From an uncultured Desulfobacter sp. (GTDB lineage: Bacteria; Desulfobacterota; Desulfobacteria; Desulfobacterales; Desulfobacteraceae), in contig OY762069.1 in assembly GCA_963665095.1 (NCBI GenBank), positions 5,568,001 through 5,632,000 on the forward strand: DNA of 64,000 bases. Direction: 5' to 3'. A program made the position numbers and the translations under genes. This document shows, in pieces, positions 61,401 to 64,000 of the stretch. The notes below the pieces were generated by a model, which did no database searches, was not told where the DNA came from, and worked only from the letters and a program-made list of their open reading frames with translations. Each line of letters starts with the position of its first letter. The stretch's first letter is position 1.

Positions 61401-61725
61401 CAAGCTTACAATTACATACCCTGACGGCAGTCAACAGGATATAGCCCCCGCGGTTCATGACCTGGACCTGTTTGTGAACCACCTTGGCAGCCATGATATG
61501 CAATTTTTAATTGACCGTGACAGCGGCATTATCACCATTGGCACCCAAACATATAAGCCCGGGTTCTGGGTTAAGCCCCTGGACGATGATGATCTTGCCT
61601 GGTTCAACGAACACCGGGAGCAGGAAGTCGCCTTCAGGGTCTGTGATGCCAACCGGGACGGCCGGCAGGATGCCCTGATGATCACATCCCGGGGAAAGCA
61701 GATGATTTTTGCCGTGGGTGAGTGA
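58441..61725 (+). CDS. Large secreted modular surface protein (FN3-like, Ig-like, TSP3-like Ca-binding, GSD linker, helical region)
   Basis: Signal peptide ending IWA-S; FTVSWTT..HHITITGL; IPVTVAFSEQVTGF..DLVGN; DTDDDGL..TDPNDADTDNDG..DTCPNDP. Confidence 0.8.
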   Translation: MEWKIKMHKRIIFKKNWPWFLNILLFTVFFCPAIWASPVLNMKITNVRGAQFTVSWTTEEAVEGQVRHGTSTSGTEEWVSASDDRGSVSDDIHHITITGLVPEQTVYFELISGTTTDDNDGAYYSINPGPAITPPAGSCQPAGLVYKDEQETTPAYGSIVYVTIKGTADSATESVLVTSDTDGHWFLELGNFRVADYSALYNTDVEAVCGTQELIVEVQAGSDGVADMTTDSQSYLDDGARPNLILVPAVTLSTTAADPTNASAIPVTVAFSEQVTGFTVDDLVVGNGTAADFTETTTGQVWTVNIIPPADGEVTVDVSPGIVQDLVGNDNTAAGRLSLTYDTDTDDDGLTNKEEIDNGTDPNDADTDNDGTPAGSDTCPNDPDKTRPGTCGCGVPEGSCGSGSDGSDGSDGSGGSQNSNQWIEDIVDNVSDAIDLPEGSDITAEEVQEVANLVNDMLNRILYMVEAGSITSGKSLAALAVAGDALRLLADAGEAGILTDGNEITTMLDYVLVLMANAFASGEALTSNEFSQIVDCAASITDALPGLIEHLDFETGIEIAGQAAQLIAAGITAGLSCANIDTQALISLINTISGIMTALPNDNTAGANTGILNNRVDIISGAIEALFTGSDDGLVLQALSQSLQNQAVLILDTVKNTLFSGLNPQSQGAAVRLEYADYSVSDLEEVDVQALTWEEIENLTAEIAGLISSFTQYGLELQNPLAEQVTALLDTVFQSAVNLLAREPGIDIPEGFYSDDPAVLEGVFINNPKLLQKVLKVSSAGISCDLDRDELLARLQDTGNGFSAEQAGVIEEILPELTDFDQDLMEGDCGTARAILTNILSSYWPDSSVTVEGEYPACLTIEKRSAMAESVSTYLTSVMICDVSLVTSFIPDGIYNLMDGSRLLVKAPVAITVTSSFFQACHAVSSLAGYGYPVAMEKDGRFSILFDDAVTLSAMPGYLSETGINAQVNGETISFAVDIDDPVSDDYKLTITYPDGSQQDIAPAVHDLDLFVNHLGSHDMQFLIDRDSGIITIGTQTYKPGFWVKPLDDDDLAWFNEHREQEVAFRVCDANRDGRQDALMITSRGKQMIFAVGE
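59651..59686 (+). repeat. 9-bp coding tandem repeat
   Basis: ccgatggtt x3 + ccggtggtt, encoding the SDG linker. Confidence 0.85.
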
Positions 61726-61726
61726 T

Positions 61727-61969
61727 GCAGACTATCTTAACAAACAGACCGGTGCCGGTATTACCACCGATCTTGTGGTGATGAGTGTTGGTGCCGCAGG
61801 CGCTTTGAACGACACGTTAAAGGCTCTTGTCAACCCGGGCGAAGAGATCCTTGTGCCCGCCCCCTATTTTGTAGGCTACAACCAGTATGCCTTTATTGCC
61901 GGGGCCAGCCTTAAGACCGCTGAATCCCTGCCGGATTTCCACCTTGACCTTGATGCCATTGACAGATAA
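61727..61969 (+). pseudogene. Internal fragment of a class I PLP aminotransferase (aspartate aminotransferase-like)
   Basis: ADYL...VVMSVGAAGALN..LKALVNPGEEILVPAPYFVGY..Y; lacks both termini. Confidence 0.8.
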
Positions 61970-62282
61970 GAACTTGCTTTTTGACTCAAGAAGTATAGAA
62001 AAATATTGGAAGCTTGAAATATGCCCCCGCCGGGCCACAGGCACAACAATTCTAATAATTCTTTTACCAAAAATATCAAATTAAAAAGAATCAACAAAAT
62101 GTATATTTTTACATATCAGATAGATACACACATTTTAACTGTTTTTAACAGGAGTTTTAAATTCAAAAACAGACCGATTTATAATACTTAAACGTATAAC
62201 AGGAGAAAATTTTTAAAGGAAAGGCAATAGCGGGTAGCATAAAACTTTTAACAGTTGATTGCTCATTATAAAGGAGATTACG

Positions 62283-63866
62283 ATGTCCCAAAAAAACAAC
62301 CTCGAAAGCAATATTTTATATATCGGCCCGTCAAGTCGAGAGGGTCGCCCTGGTAAATATAAACTTTATATGGATTGGGGGAATTCATACCTTTCCTACA
62401 AAAAAAATGTTTGGAAAAGATTGTATTTTAAATCCGTTTTTGACTGGGAAGTAATTCCCGGAGATACTGGAAATAACATTAATATAAAGCCCCACTCCCC
62501 CAGAATTATCTTAAAAAGCTGGAACCGGGCCAAAAAAAAAGAGAAACGCGAATTTATTATCCCCCAAACAGAGTTCGAAACCTGGCTGTATTGGATCATA
62601 ACCGGCGTGTTCAATCATTCACAAACAACTATCCCTTATAAAAGATTAGAATCAAAGACAAAAGGTCTTTCAGCTAAACACCGGGGCCAGCTTAAGGCAC
62701 GGGTGGACTTGAAAGCCTTTGACAATTCTCATCAAATTTTTGTCAACACCCTGGATATGTTGACATACCAGGACTCTTACCGGGGTGAAGATTCCGTCTC
62801 CGGGCTCGCCAAAGGGCGTATGATTGTTAGAAAAAAATTTAATGACCCTGAAATATTTGGAGAGACCAATAACATCCGGTATGGAAAATATGGAGACAAA
62901 ATCGCCAAAGGCGGCAGTGATGCAGTTATTTATAATATCCAGAGGCTGATTAAGCCCACCATTGACGCCAATAACAAGCGAACCTGGGAAAAGGAACCCA
63001 TGGTCATTAAGGTCGCTTCCCCAAATAAGATAGCATACGAGAACTTGATTAAAGAAACCAGGGCCCTTTCGACCCTCGGCAAGCACCCCAACATCATAAC
63101 CTTATATGATGCTCAATTAATCAGTGTAACCCGTTTCGTCACATTTTTAGAAAAGGGACTTTACGACCTCAGTGCTTACTCCATTGACAAAAAGCATGAA
63201 AATCCCAGACCACCCCTGAAACCCAATGAAATTCGTAAGTTTGCCATTGATATTTTGGCAGGCATTGCCCATATGCATGACCGTGGAGTTTATCACCTTG
63301 ATATGAAGCCCGAAAATGTCATGGTGTGTAAATCAAATGTGGCCAAAATTATCGATTTTGGAACCGCCACAAGCAAGGCCTTTGAAAAAAAAGAGGATGC
63401 ACTGGAAAAAGACTGGAAGGGAATTGGAACCTTAGGATACATTTCTCCGGAATCACACAACAGGCACCCCTACAAAAAAACCTCACAAATAGAAAAAAGA
63501 GACTCTTATGCGGTTGGTATGACCATCCTAAGGGCATTGATTGGCCCACGGTATAAATGGAACCCCTTTGTTACGGATACAAAACCGGTACAAATGGAAA
63601 CTCCCACGATGATTAAAGCAAGAATTTCTCACTATCAAAACTTAACAAAGCAGGAGACCTTCAGAAAAAGAATGACCAGAGATTTTATTTTGGTTATTGC
63701 CGATGCCGCAGCCCTGATGATTGATGACAACCCGGACACTCGGATGTCTGTTAGAGAAGCATTGCCATTTATTTTAAACAGTCTGCCCAATAAACGCGAA
63801 TTAAGCCATGAGCATTTAAGGTTAAAAATCGAGGAACGAAGGTATACGAACATATCATCCATATAG
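62283..63866 (+). CDS. Hanks-type Ser/Thr protein kinase with an uncharacterised N-terminal domain
   Basis: VIKV, HPNIITLYD, HLDMKPEN, IIDFG, GTLGYISPE, DSYAVG. RBS aaggag before ATG 62283. Confidence 0.9.
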   Translation: MSQKNNLESNILYIGPSSREGRPGKYKLYMDWGNSYLSYKKNVWKRLYFKSVFDWEVIPGDTGNNINIKPHSPRIILKSWNRAKKKEKREFIIPQTEFETWLYWIITGVFNHSQTTIPYKRLESKTKGLSAKHRGQLKARVDLKAFDNSHQIFVNTLDMLTYQDSYRGEDSVSGLAKGRMIVRKKFNDPEIFGETNNIRYGKYGDKIAKGGSDAVIYNIQRLIKPTIDANNKRTWEKEPMVIKVASPNKIAYENLIKETRALSTLGKHPNIITLYDAQLISVTRFVTFLEKGLYDLSAYSIDKKHENPRPPLKPNEIRKFAIDILAGIAHMHDRGVYHLDMKPENVMVCKSNVAKIIDFGTATSKAFEKKEDALEKDWKGIGTLGYISPESHNRHPYKKTSQIEKRDSYAVGMTILRALIGPRYKWNPFVTDTKPVQMETPTMIKARISHYQNLTKQETFRKRMTRDFILVIADAAALMIDDNPDTRMSVREALPFILNSLPNKRELSHEHLRLKIEERRYTNISSI

Positions 63867-64000
63867 CTTAGACTTTAGGTTGGATTAGAATTGAATTGCG
63901 AATTGCCGGGTCGGACCGAGTTAAATAGTTATAAACATAGCAAAAAGATATCAAATAGCACCCTCAAAAACGTCTTAGGTTAATGTTTTTGACCCCAAAA

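Noticed and set aside
1..64000. CRISPR array, tRNA or rRNA genes
   Set aside because: No regularly spaced repeats or recognisable structural RNA sequences were seen by eye
1..64000. Complete DGR (RT + TR) in this window
   Set aside because: No reverse transcriptase ORF and no second copy of the 16910-17080 sequence were found; only the VR-like remnant is supported

Overview
A 64-kb window from a sulfate-reducing deltaproteobacterium. The gene content looks Desulfobacteraceae-like, which is an inference. No rRNA, tRNA or CRISPR array was found. Accessory region 1 (about 2.7-17 kb) holds a candidate trans-envelope system: a FadL/PorV-like beta-barrel, a membrane-anchored adenylate cyclase-TPR-CsgG/FlgT-like protein and a TPR-Ig-CsgG/FlgT-like lipoprotein. 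Two secreted proteins that share an unnamed ~100-aa C-terminal domain flank it. After them come a Bacteroidetes-type thioredoxin-fold gene and, just upstream of it, an unannotated 56-codon remnant that looks like a DGR variable region. The core-like middle encodes a penicillin acylase, a 7TM cyclase, a frameshifted B12 radical SAM, an AmaA-like oxidase with GntR, an Fe-ADH/AOR/ferredoxin/TetR operon, mltA, rmuC, Moco genes, pyrR, an E. coli ygcW/U/R/Q-like catabolic cluster, vapBC and a heme-c hybrid kinase. Accessory region 2 (about 53-64 kb) contains an IS4 fused to IS3 and Y1-transposase fragments, a LuxR regulator, surface proteins (one with an in-frame TAG), an aminotransferase fragment and a Ser/Thr kinase. 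All family calls come from motif recognition by eye; no database searches were run.
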